Assembly: GCA_030040155.1 (NCBI GenBank)
Contig: JASHUG010000379.1
Span: 1 to 53,746, forward strand
DNA from: Streptosporangiaceae bacterium
Lineage (GTDB): Bacteria > Actinomycetota > Actinomycetes > Streptosporangiales > Streptosporangiaceae
Length of the DNA stretch: 53,746 bases
Direction of reading: 5' to 3'
Below, one piece after another: positions 1 to 8,763 of the stretch. Each line of letters starts with the position of its first letter. Position 1 is the stretch's first letter. The translations under genes were made by a program, and so were the position numbers. The notes under the pieces were generated by a model that did no database searches, was not told the DNA's origin, and worked only from the letters and a program-made list of their open reading frames with translations.

Positions 1-1210
1 AGTTGATCAAGGAGCGGTTGAGGTCGGGGATGGCCTGGGTGCCGAGCAGGTTCATCGTCCTGATGATGTCGGCGCGGAACCAGTCGAGCACCTGATCCAC
101 GCCCGCTTCACCGGCCGCGCCGAGACCGTACAGGTACGCGCGCCCGGCCATCGCGGCGGTGGCACCGGCGGCGAGCGCCTTGACTATGTCGCTGCCGCGC
201 CGGACGCCGCCGTCGCAGATGATCTCGATGCGGCCGCCAACCGCGTCGGCCACGGGGGCGACGAGACTGAGCGGGGCCGGAGCACCGTCGAGTTGCCGGC
301 CGCCGTGATTGGAGAGCGCGATCGCGTCTACCCCGGCGTCGACGGCCAGCAGAGCGTCATCGGTGGTCTGTACTCCCTTGATGATGATCGGCCCGTTCCA
401 GTTGGAGCGCAGCCAGTCGACATCGGCCCAGGACAGGCCGGGATCGAACTGCGTGTTGATGTAGTCAGACAGCGTGACCGGCGATGCCCCGTCGCCGACC
501 TCGCGGCCCGCCACGTTCGCGAACCGGATCGGCTCGCTGCGCGCGAACGCGAGGGTCCACCCCGGATGGAGGGCTCCATCGACGATCGTGCCGAGGCCGA
601 TGGCCGGCGGAAGGGAGAACCCGCGGCGTACGTCTCGTTCCCGGCGGCCCAGCACGGCCGTGTCAACCGTCAGGACCAGCGCCTCATAGTCGGCGGAAGC
701 CGCCCGGTCGATCATCTCCTTGATGAGGCCGCGGTCGCGCCACGCGTAGACCTGGAACCACAGTCGCCCGTTGCTGCTGACCGCCCGGACTTCCTCGATT
801 GACCGGGTGCTGAGCGTTGACAGCGTGTACGGCAGGCCGGCTCGCTCTGCTGCCCGGGCGACGGCGAGTTCCCCCTGCGGATCGGCGATGCGAGTAAACC
901 CGGTCGGGGCGAGCACCAGCGGGTAATCGAGCGGACGACCGAACAGGGTCGAGGCCGTGCTGACGTTACTGACGCCCCGGAGAACCCGCGGCCGGAACGT
1001 TACCGCGGCGAATGCCGCCTGGTTAGCGGCCAGCGTCCGCTCATCTTCGGCTGCGCCGTCAATGTAATCGAAGACCCCGCCAGGAAGGCGTCGCCTGGCA
1101 ATTCTCCGCAGGTCCTCCACCGACGCTGTCCGGGCCAGGCGACGGCGGACCCGGTCTTTCTCAATCGGCTGGAAGCGCAGGACGGACCTGAGCGTCTGGT
1201 ACGGGTTCAT
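1..1210 (-). CDS. FMN-dependent alpha-hydroxy-acid dehydrogenase/oxidase (LldD / glycolate oxidase / mandelate dehydrogenase family); C-terminus cut by window edge
   Basis: Absent from the ORF track because it runs off the 5' edge. Manual minus-strand translation from ATG (1210..1208) gives MNPYQTLRSVLRFQPIEKDRVRRRLARTASVEDLRRIARRRLPGGVFDYIDGAAEDERTLAANQAAF... Further on it gives ALSNHGGRQLDGAP and IICDGGVRRGSDIVKALA, which are signature motifs of the FMN_dh family. Confidence 0.85.
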   Translation of the reverse strand, partial: MNPYQTLRSVLRFQPIEKDRVRRRLARTASVEDLRRIARRRLPGGVFDYIDGAAEDERTLAANQAAFAAVTFRPRVLRGVSNVSTASTLFGRPLDYPLVLAPTGFTRIADPQGELAVARAAERAGLPYTLSTLSTRSIEEVRAVSSNGRLWFQVYAWRDRGLIKEMIDRAASADYEALVLTVDTAVLGRRERDVRRGFSLPPAIGLGTIVDGALHPGWTLAFARSEPIRFANVAGREVGDGASPVTLSDYINTQFDPGLSWADVDWLRSNWNGPIIIKGVQTTDDALLAVDAGVDAIALSNHGGRQLDGAPAPLSLVAPVADAVGGRIEIICDGGVRRGSDIVKALAAGATAAMAGRAYLYGLGAAGEAGVDQVLDWFRADIIRTMNLLGTQAIPDLNRSLIN

Positions 1211-1590
1211 GCGGACTCAGACCTCCGGCGGCGCGATTGAGGCAAGAAGCAGCAATACGTCGTACATTTCGTTCACGGTAGCCGCGGGGTGACTCGCGGC
1301 CGACGGCGAGGTCGAGGACAGCCCGGCTGAGCGGGCGCCCTGGGCCCGACCGTGCCGAGGGGGGCAGGCAGTGCCAAACGGGGTGGTGCGCTGGCCGGAG
1401 GACGGGGTTCAGGACCGGACAGGCGTCGCGGCGGTCACGGTCAGCTACAACACCGCCTGGCTAAGCTCACTACTGCTGTGGTCGCTGTATCAGGTCCTGG
1501 AGCCGGGCACCGCGGTGTCCAGGATTGATGCGGCGTTGCTGATCGCGGCGTGCACCGCCCAGCGACCGGATTGACTGACGCGCGGGAGCG

Positions 1591-1983
1591 CTAGGCCGAG
1601 GCGGCCTGCTCGACGAAGTACAGGGGAACGCCATCGGGGTCATCCACCCCGAAGTAGGTGCCCCAGTGCTCGGTGACCGGCGGGGTCGTCACCCTGGCAC
1701 CCCGACCAAGGAGGGCATCGTGCGCGCTGTGAGCGTCGGAAACGATCACCACGATCGAGAATGATCCGGCGGCCGGCGGCACCAATGGCGCCTGGTCGCC
1801 GCCGGAAGCCAAGATCTCTGCGACCGGTATCGCGCCGAGCTGGTAGTAGACGCCCTGCCCGTCCGCCCTATCCCACTCACGCACCGCAGTGCAGCCGAGC
1901 TTCACCTCATAGAACTCACGACTCACCGCGAAGTTGCTTACCGAATAAGACGTGTAGGCGGCGCTCGGTCCGAAGTCCTCCAT
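1591..1983 (-). CDS. VOC / glyoxalase-bleomycin resistance family protein (130 aa)
   Basis: Track ORF 1591..2268 trimmed to the internal ATG at 1983 (MEDFGPSAAYTSYSVSNFAVSREFYEVKLGCTAVREWD...). The discarded 95 upstream codons are Pro/Arg/Ser-rich and overlap the divergent mmuM start. Confidence 0.7.
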   Translation of the reverse strand: MEDFGPSAAYTSYSVSNFAVSREFYEVKLGCTAVREWDRADGQGVYYQLGAIPVAEILASGGDQAPLVPPAAGSFSIVVIVSDAHSAHDALLGRGARVTTPPVTEHWGTYFGVDDPDGVPLYFVEQAASA

Positions 1984-2063
1984 GCATCGAGCCTCCCACG
2001 TGCACAACGCCCGCCGGCGAGGCCGTGGGGACGCCGATGGGCGGGAAAGCCTAGAGTGACGCG

Positions 2064-2966
2064 GTGAGCTTCCTGGAACCGGACGGTGGCGTGCTGGTGA
2101 CCGACGGCGGCCTGGCGACAGAGCTTGAGGCACGCGGGCATGACCTGTCGGACTCCCTGTGGTCGGCGCGCCTGCTGGCGGATGCGCCCGGGGAGATCGT
2201 TGCCGCACACCTGGCGTTCTTCCGGGCGGGTGCGGTGATCGCGACCACCGCCAGCTATCAGGCATCATTCGACGGGTTCGCGGCGCGCGGCTCGGGCCGC
2301 TCCGAGGCCGCGAGCCTCATGCGACGCAGCATCGAACTCGCGCAAGCCGCTCGCGCCCAGCTGGCCGCTGACCAGAAGAACCGGTGGATAGCGGCCTCGA
2401 TCGGCCCCTACGGCGCAACGCTCGCCGACGGTTCGGAGTACCGCGGCCGTTACGGGCTGAGCATCGCAGCGCTGGTCCGATGGCACCGGCCGCGGCTGGA
2501 GGCGCTGGCCGCGGCAGGCCCGGACGTCCTGGCGCTGGAGACGGTGCCCGACGTCGATGAGGCAGAGGCGCTAGCGGCGGCAATCGCCGGGCTTGGCGTT
2601 CCTGCCTGGCTGACGTACAGCGTTGACGGCGAATACACCCGCGCGGGCCAGCCGATTGCCGATGCGTTCGCGGTCGCCAGGGACGTGCCAGAAATCGTCG
2701 CGGTGGGTGTCAACTGCTGCGCCCCGGCCGATGTTCCGCTGGCCATCGCCACCGCGGGCGAGATCACCGGCAAGCCCGTGATCGCCTATCCGAACAGCGG
2801 CGAGGAGTGGGACGCGCGGCGCCGGACCTGGATCGGCCGCTCGCAGTTCGCCGCTGATCAGCCGCAGGAGTGGATAGCCCGGGGAGCCAGGATCGTGGGC
2901 GGGTGCTGCCGGGTTCGCCCAGCCGATATTGCCGGGATCGCCCTGGCGGTCGCCGGCACAGGCTAG
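2064..2966 (+). CDS. mmuM: homocysteine S-methyltransferase
   Basis: 300 aa with a GTG start. N-terminus VLVTDGGLATELEARGHDL. The GVNCC and GGCCRVRPADI cysteine motifs are the zinc/homocysteine-binding signature of the MmuM/BHMT family. Confidence 0.85.
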   Translation: MSFLEPDGGVLVTDGGLATELEARGHDLSDSLWSARLLADAPGEIVAAHLAFFRAGAVIATTASYQASFDGFAARGSGRSEAASLMRRSIELAQAARAQLAADQKNRWIAASIGPYGATLADGSEYRGRYGLSIAALVRWHRPRLEALAAAGPDVLALETVPDVDEAEALAAAIAGLGVPAWLTYSVDGEYTRAGQPIADAFAVARDVPEIVAVGVNCCAPADVPLAIATAGEITGKPVIAYPNSGEEWDARRRTWIGRSQFAADQPQEWIARGARIVGGCCRVRPADIAGIALAVAGTG

Positions 2967-3122
2967 CCAGGCGCTCGCGATCCCAGCCGAACGCGCGGCC
3001 AGCCGCGACCCTACGTTCCGGTAATTGACTGGAGTCTGCAGTCGATTCAGGTATTTCCTGTAGCCGTGGAACGGGGTGGCGGGCTGCCCGAGCGCGCCGA
3101 TGGCGGCGCTGGCCCGGCCGGC

Positions 3123-4298
3123 ATGACCAGCATTCTGGTGAATCACGTCTACTATTCGCCCGTCGGTCACGTGGTCGAGGCGATCCGCTACGCCTGGCGC
3201 TTCCACGACGCCAATCCTGGAAGCCGGGTCAGCGTGGCCCTGTCCGACGGTGCGCCGTGGGAGCTGTGTGCAGGCGCGCCCTGGATCGCCGGGATCTACC
3301 GGATCCCGGTCGCTGACCCGCGGTCGTGTGACCTGTCGATACCTGAAATGCCCCGGGTATGGGACTACGTCGTCGACAACAACCTCATGCGGCTCGAGGA
3401 CGAGCGGCCCGGCGACCTCGTCAGGGCCGACGGTTACGAGCCACCGGGGCGGGGCTGGGAGGAGGAAGCGACGATCGCTTATTACGCGCGTACGGACGCC
3501 GAGCTCCTCGTGCGCCGCGGCCGCGGTTTTCTCTTCCCTGAGATGTCGCTTCCTGAGGGACTGCACTACGACCCGCACGCGCACGTGACGCTGGCTGTGC
3601 CTGCGCGCAGCCGTGCCTTCGCCGAGCGGTACGCGGCCCGCGACGGGCTGAAGATTTGCTTGCTGCCGGCCGGTTCCGGGCCAGCCGCGCAGTACCCGGG
3701 GCCGCAGAGCTGGGTCGCGATCCTCGACGCGCTGCGCGACCGGTTTCCGGGCGCCCGCTTCTACCTGACCGGAAGGCGGGCGATCGGACGGCATGCGGAC
3801 CTGACCACCACGAGATACGACGCCGGCGCCGTGGCTCGCATCCTGTCCTCCGGCGACATCGTGGACTGCTATGACATCGGGTTGTGGAACCAGGTCGCGC
3901 TGCTGGAAGTCTGCGACCTGCTGGTCTCGCCGCACAGCGGGTTCTCGTTCCTCGCGAGTTGCGTCGGAACCCCGTGGCTGACGATCTCGGGAGGCAACTG
4001 GCCCGAGTACTTCTTCAACGGTGTGCCTTTCTACTCGGTACTCCCCGACAACCCCGACTATCCCTATGCCGGTGCCTACGAGTACGACTACGCCGGACCT
4101 ACGATCCCTGACATGGAGCACGAGCACCTGCTGGCCCGTATCCCCGATTTGCTGGAAGGCGCCTCGTTCCTCCTCGATCCGGCTACGTCCTACGAAGATG
4201 CCATGCGTCGGCACCGGGCCAACGTCGCCCGCGCCCGCATCCGCCATGACCGCATGCCGCACGCCAGCCGGCCTGGCCCCGTTGTCGGAGCCGCGTGA
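3123..4298 (+). CDS. hypothetical protein, possibly GT-B fold (GT9 heptosyltransferase-like)
   Basis: Start moved to ATG 3123 (MTSILVNHVYYSPVGH...). This frame has strong G/C third-position bias. The C-terminal half (LLPAGSGPAAQYPGPQSW ... LVSPHSGFSFLASCVGTPWLTISGG) weakly resembles GT9-type glycosyltransferases, so the product call is tentative. Confidence 0.5.
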   Translation: MTSILVNHVYYSPVGHVVEAIRYAWRFHDANPGSRVSVALSDGAPWELCAGAPWIAGIYRIPVADPRSCDLSIPEMPRVWDYVVDNNLMRLEDERPGDLVRADGYEPPGRGWEEEATIAYYARTDAELLVRRGRGFLFPEMSLPEGLHYDPHAHVTLAVPARSRAFAERYAARDGLKICLLPAGSGPAAQYPGPQSWVAILDALRDRFPGARFYLTGRRAIGRHADLTTTRYDAGAVARILSSGDIVDCYDIGLWNQVALLEVCDLLVSPHSGFSFLASCVGTPWLTISGGNWPEYFFNGVPFYSVLPDNPDYPYAGAYEYDYAGPTIPDMEHEHLLARIPDLLEGASFLLDPATSYEDAMRRHRANVARARIRHDRMPHASRPGPVVGAA

Positions 4299-4311
4299 TA
4301 CGAAACGTGGC

Positions 4312-5229
4312 ATGAAGATCGCTGTCGCCACTCCCGCGGGTCGTGTCGGGTCACGAGTCGCGGCGTTGCTCATCCAGGCAGGGGTACGGCCCACGCTACT
4401 TGCGCGTCGCCCCGGCCGGCTTGACCCGGCCATCAGCCAGCACGCGGACGTGATCGAAACGGATCTGGCGGATGCTGCCGCGGTCGCGGCGGCGACCAGG
4501 GATGCGGACGCGCTGTTCTGGGTCGAGCCGCCTGCGGAAGACCCGGACGCCGATCCGGTCGCCTGGTACAGCATGCTCGGCGCCAATGCGGCCCGCGCAG
4601 TGACGGAGAACGGCATCGGCCGCACGGTCTTGCTCAGCAGCGTCGGTGCGGAGAAACGCTCCGGCGCGGGCGAGATCGACGGGCTGGCCAGGACCGAGGA
4701 ACAACTGGACGCCACTGGGGCTACGGTGCTGCACCTGCGGTGCGGGTACTTTTTCACCAACTTGCTCGGGGAACTCGATTCGCTGCGCGCAGGCGTGCTG
4801 CGACTACCCATGCCGCTCGACTACGCCCAGCCGTGGGTAGACCCGCGCGACATCGGGGAGATTGCTGCCGTACGGCTGCTGTCGCAGGGCTGGTCGGGTC
4901 GGCAGGTCCAGGCCGTCCACGGCCCGCAAGACCTGACGTTCTCGGAGGTCGCCGGGGTCATCAGCGAGGCGACCGGCCGCCAGATCCGGGCCGAGACGAT
5001 CTCGCAAGAGGCTCTGCGCGCCTCACTGCGGGCGGCGGGACTCGGCGACAAGCAGGTTGAGGGCATGGCCGGAATGTCGTCGGTCACATGCGAGGACTTC
5101 GTGGCGGAGGATAAGCGCAGCACCTTCACCACGACGCCCACCACGCTCGCGGCCTGGGCCCATGCTTACCTGCGCCCCGCGCTGCTAACCGCCGCGGCAG
5201 GTCCCGACCGCGAAGGAGCGGTGCTGTGA
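4312..5229 (+). CDS. NmrA-like / NAD(P)H-binding atypical SDR family protein
   Basis: Track ORF 4021..5229 trimmed to ATG 4312 (MKIAVATPAGRVGSRVAALLIQAGVRPTLLARR), a Rossmann-type N-terminus. The stop overlaps the GTG start of the next gene. Confidence 0.75.
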   Translation: MKIAVATPAGRVGSRVAALLIQAGVRPTLLARRPGRLDPAISQHADVIETDLADAAAVAAATRDADALFWVEPPAEDPDADPVAWYSMLGANAARAVTENGIGRTVLLSSVGAEKRSGAGEIDGLARTEEQLDATGATVLHLRCGYFFTNLLGELDSLRAGVLRLPMPLDYAQPWVDPRDIGEIAAVRLLSQGWSGRQVQAVHGPQDLTFSEVAGVISEATGRQIRAETISQEALRASLRAAGLGDKQVEGMAGMSSVTCEDFVAEDKRSTFTTTPTTLAAWAHAYLRPALLTAAAGPDREGAVL

Positions 5230-5894
5230 GCAGCGACTTCACCTCCCGGCTGTGGCAAGGCGTGGCCGACATCTACGAGGCGATCCTGGCTCACCCGTTC
5301 CTGGCCGGGCTCACCGATGGACGGCTGCCGGCCGAGTCCTTCGCCTTCTACGTAGTGCAGGATGTGCTGTTCCTGCGCCGGTACTCGCAGGCGCTGTCAC
5401 TAGTGGCCAGCCGCGCACCCGACACGGCCGGCACGGAGATGTTTGCCCGGCACGCGGCGGGCATCGTCACCGCCGAAATGAGCCTGCACCGGTCGCTGAT
5501 GGCCGACCTCGACCTTGACCCGGCTTCAGTCGGTGCGTCCGAGCTGGCGCCGACCACTCTGGCCTATACCAGCTACCTGCTGGCGACGGCAGGCAACGGA
5601 ACTTACGCCGAAGGCGTCGGCGCCTTGCTGCCGTGTTACTGGATCTACTGGGAGGTGGGCAAGCACCTACTCGGGCGTGGCTCGCCCAACCCCCGCTACC
5701 AGCGCTGGATCGACACTTACGGCGGCGACGAGTACGCCAGCGACGCGCGTGAGGTCATCGCCGTTACCGACAAGCTCAGCACCGGCCTGAGCCAGCAAGA
5801 GAGCCAGCAGGTGCGTCGCCACTTCCGCGTGACCAGCCGCTACGAGTGGATGTTCTGGGACATGGCGTATCACCAGGAGACCTGGCCGGTCTGA
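5226..5894 (+). CDS. tenA: TenA family (thiaminase II / aminopyrimidine aminohydrolase-like)
   Basis: 222 aa. LWQGVADIYEAILAHPFLAGLTDGRLPAESFAFYVVQDVLFLRRY and the C-terminal YEWMFWDMAY are typical TenA/PqqC-like helical-bundle motifs. The GTG start overlaps the upstream stop (GTGCTGTGA). Confidence 0.8.
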   Translation: MSSDFTSRLWQGVADIYEAILAHPFLAGLTDGRLPAESFAFYVVQDVLFLRRYSQALSLVASRAPDTAGTEMFARHAAGIVTAEMSLHRSLMADLDLDPASVGASELAPTTLAYTSYLLATAGNGTYAEGVGALLPCYWIYWEVGKHLLGRGSPNPRYQRWIDTYGGDEYASDAREVIAVTDKLSTGLSQQESQQVRRHFRVTSRYEWMFWDMAYHQETWPV

Positions 5895-6985
5895 TCGTCA
5901 GATGCGGAGGCGGCCGGAGCGGGGACGCAACCGGGTCGCCGGTCCCGCGGAGGCCACGACCGGCGGACCGCGGGTACCGGGCCCTGCACCTGGGCCGCGC
6001 GCGCTTCCTGACTGGTCGACGTCCGGACCTGAATCAGGTACATGGCCCCGACCACTAGTACTCCGCCGGCGATCGCGGACAGCCCAAGCGTCTCTCCGCC
6101 CAGCGCGACCGCGAAGGCGGCGGCGAACAGCGGTTCGGTCGTGAGGATCACCGCCGCCTGGGTGGCCGAGAGCCACGTCTGGGCCCAGGCCTGGATGGTG
6201 TAGGCGAAGGCGGATGCCAGCACGGCGGTGATCGTGATGGCGAGCCAGTCGGCGCCGCTGTCCGGGATAGTGAACCGGCCGGTTGCGATGGCGGCGGTAG
6301 TCGAGAGCGCTGCCACCGTCGCCATCTGCACGGTGGTCAGCGCGAAGGAGTCGTGCCGTGCAGACCACTCCCCGGTGCCGACGATCTGCAGTCCGAACAG
6401 CACCGCGCAGCCCAGGGTGAGGATCTCGCCCGAACCAACAGCGAAGCCGCCGAGCGTGATGAGGGCCAGGCCGCCGCCGGCCAGCAGCACGGCGAGCCAG
6501 GCCGACGGAGCGAGCCGGCGGCGCAGCAGCAGCCAGGACAGCACCGGGGTGAAGACGACGAAAAGGCCGGTCAGAAACCCGGATACGGCCGCTGGCGTGT
6601 GCTGCAGGCCAATCGCCTGAGTGGCGTAGGCCAGGCCAAGCACAAGGCCGAGCAGCATTCCGTGCCGCAGGCCGCGCGCGCCGAGACCACGGATCGCGCG
6701 GGGACGGACGGCGACGAGCACGCCGGCGGCCAGTGCGAACCGCCAGGCCAGGAAGTCGAACACCGGCATCCGGGTCACCGCATCCTTGACCACAAGGAAC
6801 GTTGCCCCCCACACGGCCGCCGCTGTCATGAGGGAGATTGCCGCCAAGAGCGGGCGGCCCGGCCGCGGTGGGCGGGAGGGCCAGATCGGCCTGCGTCGCG
6901 CCGGCGGCGACTGGTGGAGGGCGCCGGCGTAAGCCACGTTGTCTTCGAGCGGTCCCGCCGTCGGGCGGCAGCCGAGCGAGGCCAT
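5870..6985 (-). CDS. EamA/DMT family transporter
   Basis: Start set at ATG 6985 (MASLG...), preceded by GGAGG. About 10 hydrophobic segments; LMTAAAVWGATFLVVKDAV... matches EamA repeats. The 3' end overlaps the tenA 3' end by 25 nt (convergent). Confidence 0.75.
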   Translation of the reverse strand: MASLGCRPTAGPLEDNVAYAGALHQSPPARRRPIWPSRPPRPGRPLLAAISLMTAAAVWGATFLVVKDAVTRMPVFDFLAWRFALAAGVLVAVRPRAIRGLGARGLRHGMLLGLVLGLAYATQAIGLQHTPAAVSGFLTGLFVVFTPVLSWLLLRRRLAPSAWLAVLLAGGGLALITLGGFAVGSGEILTLGCAVLFGLQIVGTGEWSARHDSFALTTVQMATVAALSTTAAIATGRFTIPDSGADWLAITITAVLASAFAYTIQAWAQTWLSATQAAVILTTEPLFAAAFAVALGGETLGLSAIAGGVLVVGAMYLIQVRTSTSQEARAAQVQGPVPAVRRSWPPRDRRPGCVPAPAASASDDQTGQVSW

Positions 6986-7097
6986 CGAGAAAACCTCCAA
7001 AGAGGGAACGATGGTTACCCTAACCACTCATCACCGTATGCTAGTGTCGATCTAAGACGCAACTTCCTATCGTCTTTTGTTGGTTACGGGAGGCGTG

Positions 7098-7658
7098 ATG
7101 GTAGCTGGTGCCCCGGCCCGGCCCAGCGAGCTCGTACGAGACTTCGTGAACACGCTGGAGGCGGACACCGGACAGGACGAGCTGACCTCGGCCGCCGCGT
7201 TGGCGTCGTGGCTGCGCGAGCACGGCCTGACGACGGCTCACTCGGCCACCGAGGCTGACCTGCGGGCCGCGGTGGCGCTCCGGGAGGGCCTGCGGGCAGC
7301 GCTGCGTGCTCACCACGCCGGTGCCGAAGCACCGGCGTCGGCCGGGCTTGACCAGCTCATGGCGGACTATCCGCTGTTGCTCTCGCTGCGATCCGGGACC
7401 CCTGAGCTGCAACCAGCAGGCAGCGGCGTTCAAGCCGGCCTGGGCCGCATCGTCGCCGCCGTTGCCGCCAGCCACGCCGACGGAAGCTGGCCCCGGCTCA
7501 AGGTCTGCGCCGAAAGCACATGCGAGTGGGCGTTCGTCGACACCTCCCGTAATCAGTCCCGCTCCTGGTGCTCCATGAGCGTTTGCGGCAACCGGGCCAA
7601 GATCAAGGCGTACCGCACCCGCCAAAGGCGATCGGCGGCCGCCGGCCCGGAGGCATGA
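7098..7658 (+). CDS. CGNR zinc-finger domain protein (ABATE + CGNR)
   Basis: C-terminal CEWAFVDTSRNQSRSWCSMSVCGNRAKIKAYRTRQR is the CGNR zinc-finger signature. ATG 7098 is preceded by GGGAGG; the track ORF starts at TTG 7077. Confidence 0.8.
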   Translation: MVAGAPARPSELVRDFVNTLEADTGQDELTSAAALASWLREHGLTTAHSATEADLRAAVALREGLRAALRAHHAGAEAPASAGLDQLMADYPLLLSLRSGTPELQPAGSGVQAGLGRIVAAVAASHADGSWPRLKVCAESTCEWAFVDTSRNQSRSWCSMSVCGNRAKIKAYRTRQRRSAAAGPEA

Positions 7659-7704
7659 CCCGAAGGAGCGGCCCCGGGGTAGCGCTCGTTGACGCCCCAG
7701 CCGC

Positions 7705-8724
7705 ATGGCACTAGCGTGGCCGCATCTTGATCACTACTGGCGTCATCGCTGGCGCGACCATCGGCGGCTGACCTTGCCTGCTGTGGTCACGTTTGGCGAG
7801 TCAATGGCGCTATTCCGCGCCGAGCCCGGCGAGCCGCTGCGAACGGCCAGGCGGTTCATCCGGTCGATCGCCGGCGCCGAGTCCAACGTCGCAATCGGCC
7901 TGTCGCGACTGGGCTGCGACGCCGGATGGTTCGGGCGGGTAGGGGACGACCCGCTTGGCCTTGGCATCCTGGATGCCTTGCGCAGCGAGCGCGTGGATAT
8001 CAGCCGCGCCGTCGTGGACGATTCGGCCCCCACGGGCGTCCTGGTCCGCGACACGCACGCGGAGCGCCGGATCGAGGTTGCCTACGCCAGGAGCGGGTCG
8101 GCTGGCAGCCGGCTGAGCCCGGCTGACCTCGATCCCGGCTACCTGACCTCGGCGGCCGTGCTGCATGTGACCGGCATAACGCCCGCGCTGAGCCGGAGCG
8201 CTCTGGAGGCGACGACGGAGGCGGTCAGGATGGCCGCCGAGGCCGGCGTGTGCGTCTCGTTCGACCCCAACATCCGGCGCAGGCTGTGGCCCGATCCCGG
8301 CCAGGCGCGACGGGTGCTGCTTCCGCTGCTGGACCGCTGCGGGATCGTGCTGGTCGGCCAGGCCGAGGCGACCCTGCTGACCGGCCGGGAAACGCCGAGC
8401 GAGGCGGCGAAGTGGCTCGCCGACCGTGGCGTCGAGACGGTGGCGGTGAAGCTGGGCGCCGGTGGTGCCCTGGGCTTCAGCAACGGCGCGAGCTATCACG
8501 GAGCGGCGCTGCCGGTGCATACCGTGGACCCCATTGGCGCAGGCGACGCGTTCGACGCCGGTTTCCTCTGGGCCCGGCTGCAGGGCGCGGAGATGCCCGA
8601 CTGCGTGTCAGAAGGAAACCTCGCGGCCGGCCTGAGCATTCAGGCCTGCGGGGACATCGAGGGCCTGCCGTACCGGCAGGAGATGGAGGAACGGCGGGCG
8701 GACAACCTTGAAGCCAACCGCTGA
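7705..8724 (+). CDS. kdgK: PfkB-family sugar kinase, 2-dehydro-3-deoxygluconokinase-like
   Basis: VVTFGESMALFRAEPGEPL...IAGAESNVAIGLSRLG and the C-terminal DPIGAGDAFDAGF motif are PfkB signatures. The true start may be an internal TTG near 7774. Confidence 0.8.
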   Translation: MALAWPHLDHYWRHRWRDHRRLTLPAVVTFGESMALFRAEPGEPLRTARRFIRSIAGAESNVAIGLSRLGCDAGWFGRVGDDPLGLGILDALRSERVDISRAVVDDSAPTGVLVRDTHAERRIEVAYARSGSAGSRLSPADLDPGYLTSAAVLHVTGITPALSRSALEATTEAVRMAAEAGVCVSFDPNIRRRLWPDPGQARRVLLPLLDRCGIVLVGQAEATLLTGRETPSEAAKWLADRGVETVAVKLGAGGALGFSNGASYHGAALPVHTVDPIGAGDAFDAGFLWARLQGAEMPDCVSEGNLAAGLSIQACGDIEGLPYRQEMEERRADNLEANR

Positions 8725-8763
8725 TCCCGAGCGGGCGTTGTCAATCGGTGCAAGGAGCCAGGC

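Noticed and set aside
2571-4811. 746-aa minus-strand ORF, the longest in this part of the track
   Set aside because: It is antisense to three well-supported plus-strand genes (mmuM 3' end, the GT9-like gene, the NmrA-like gene). The translation is Arg/Ala/Ser/Gly/Pro-rich low-complexity sequence with no recognisable motif. This is a typical high-GC shadow ORF.
5898-7258. 304-aa (minus) and 301-aa (plus) ORFs overlapping the EamA gene
   Set aside because: The EamA frame gives ten clean TM helices. The alternative frames translate to Arg/Gly/Pro-rich sequence.
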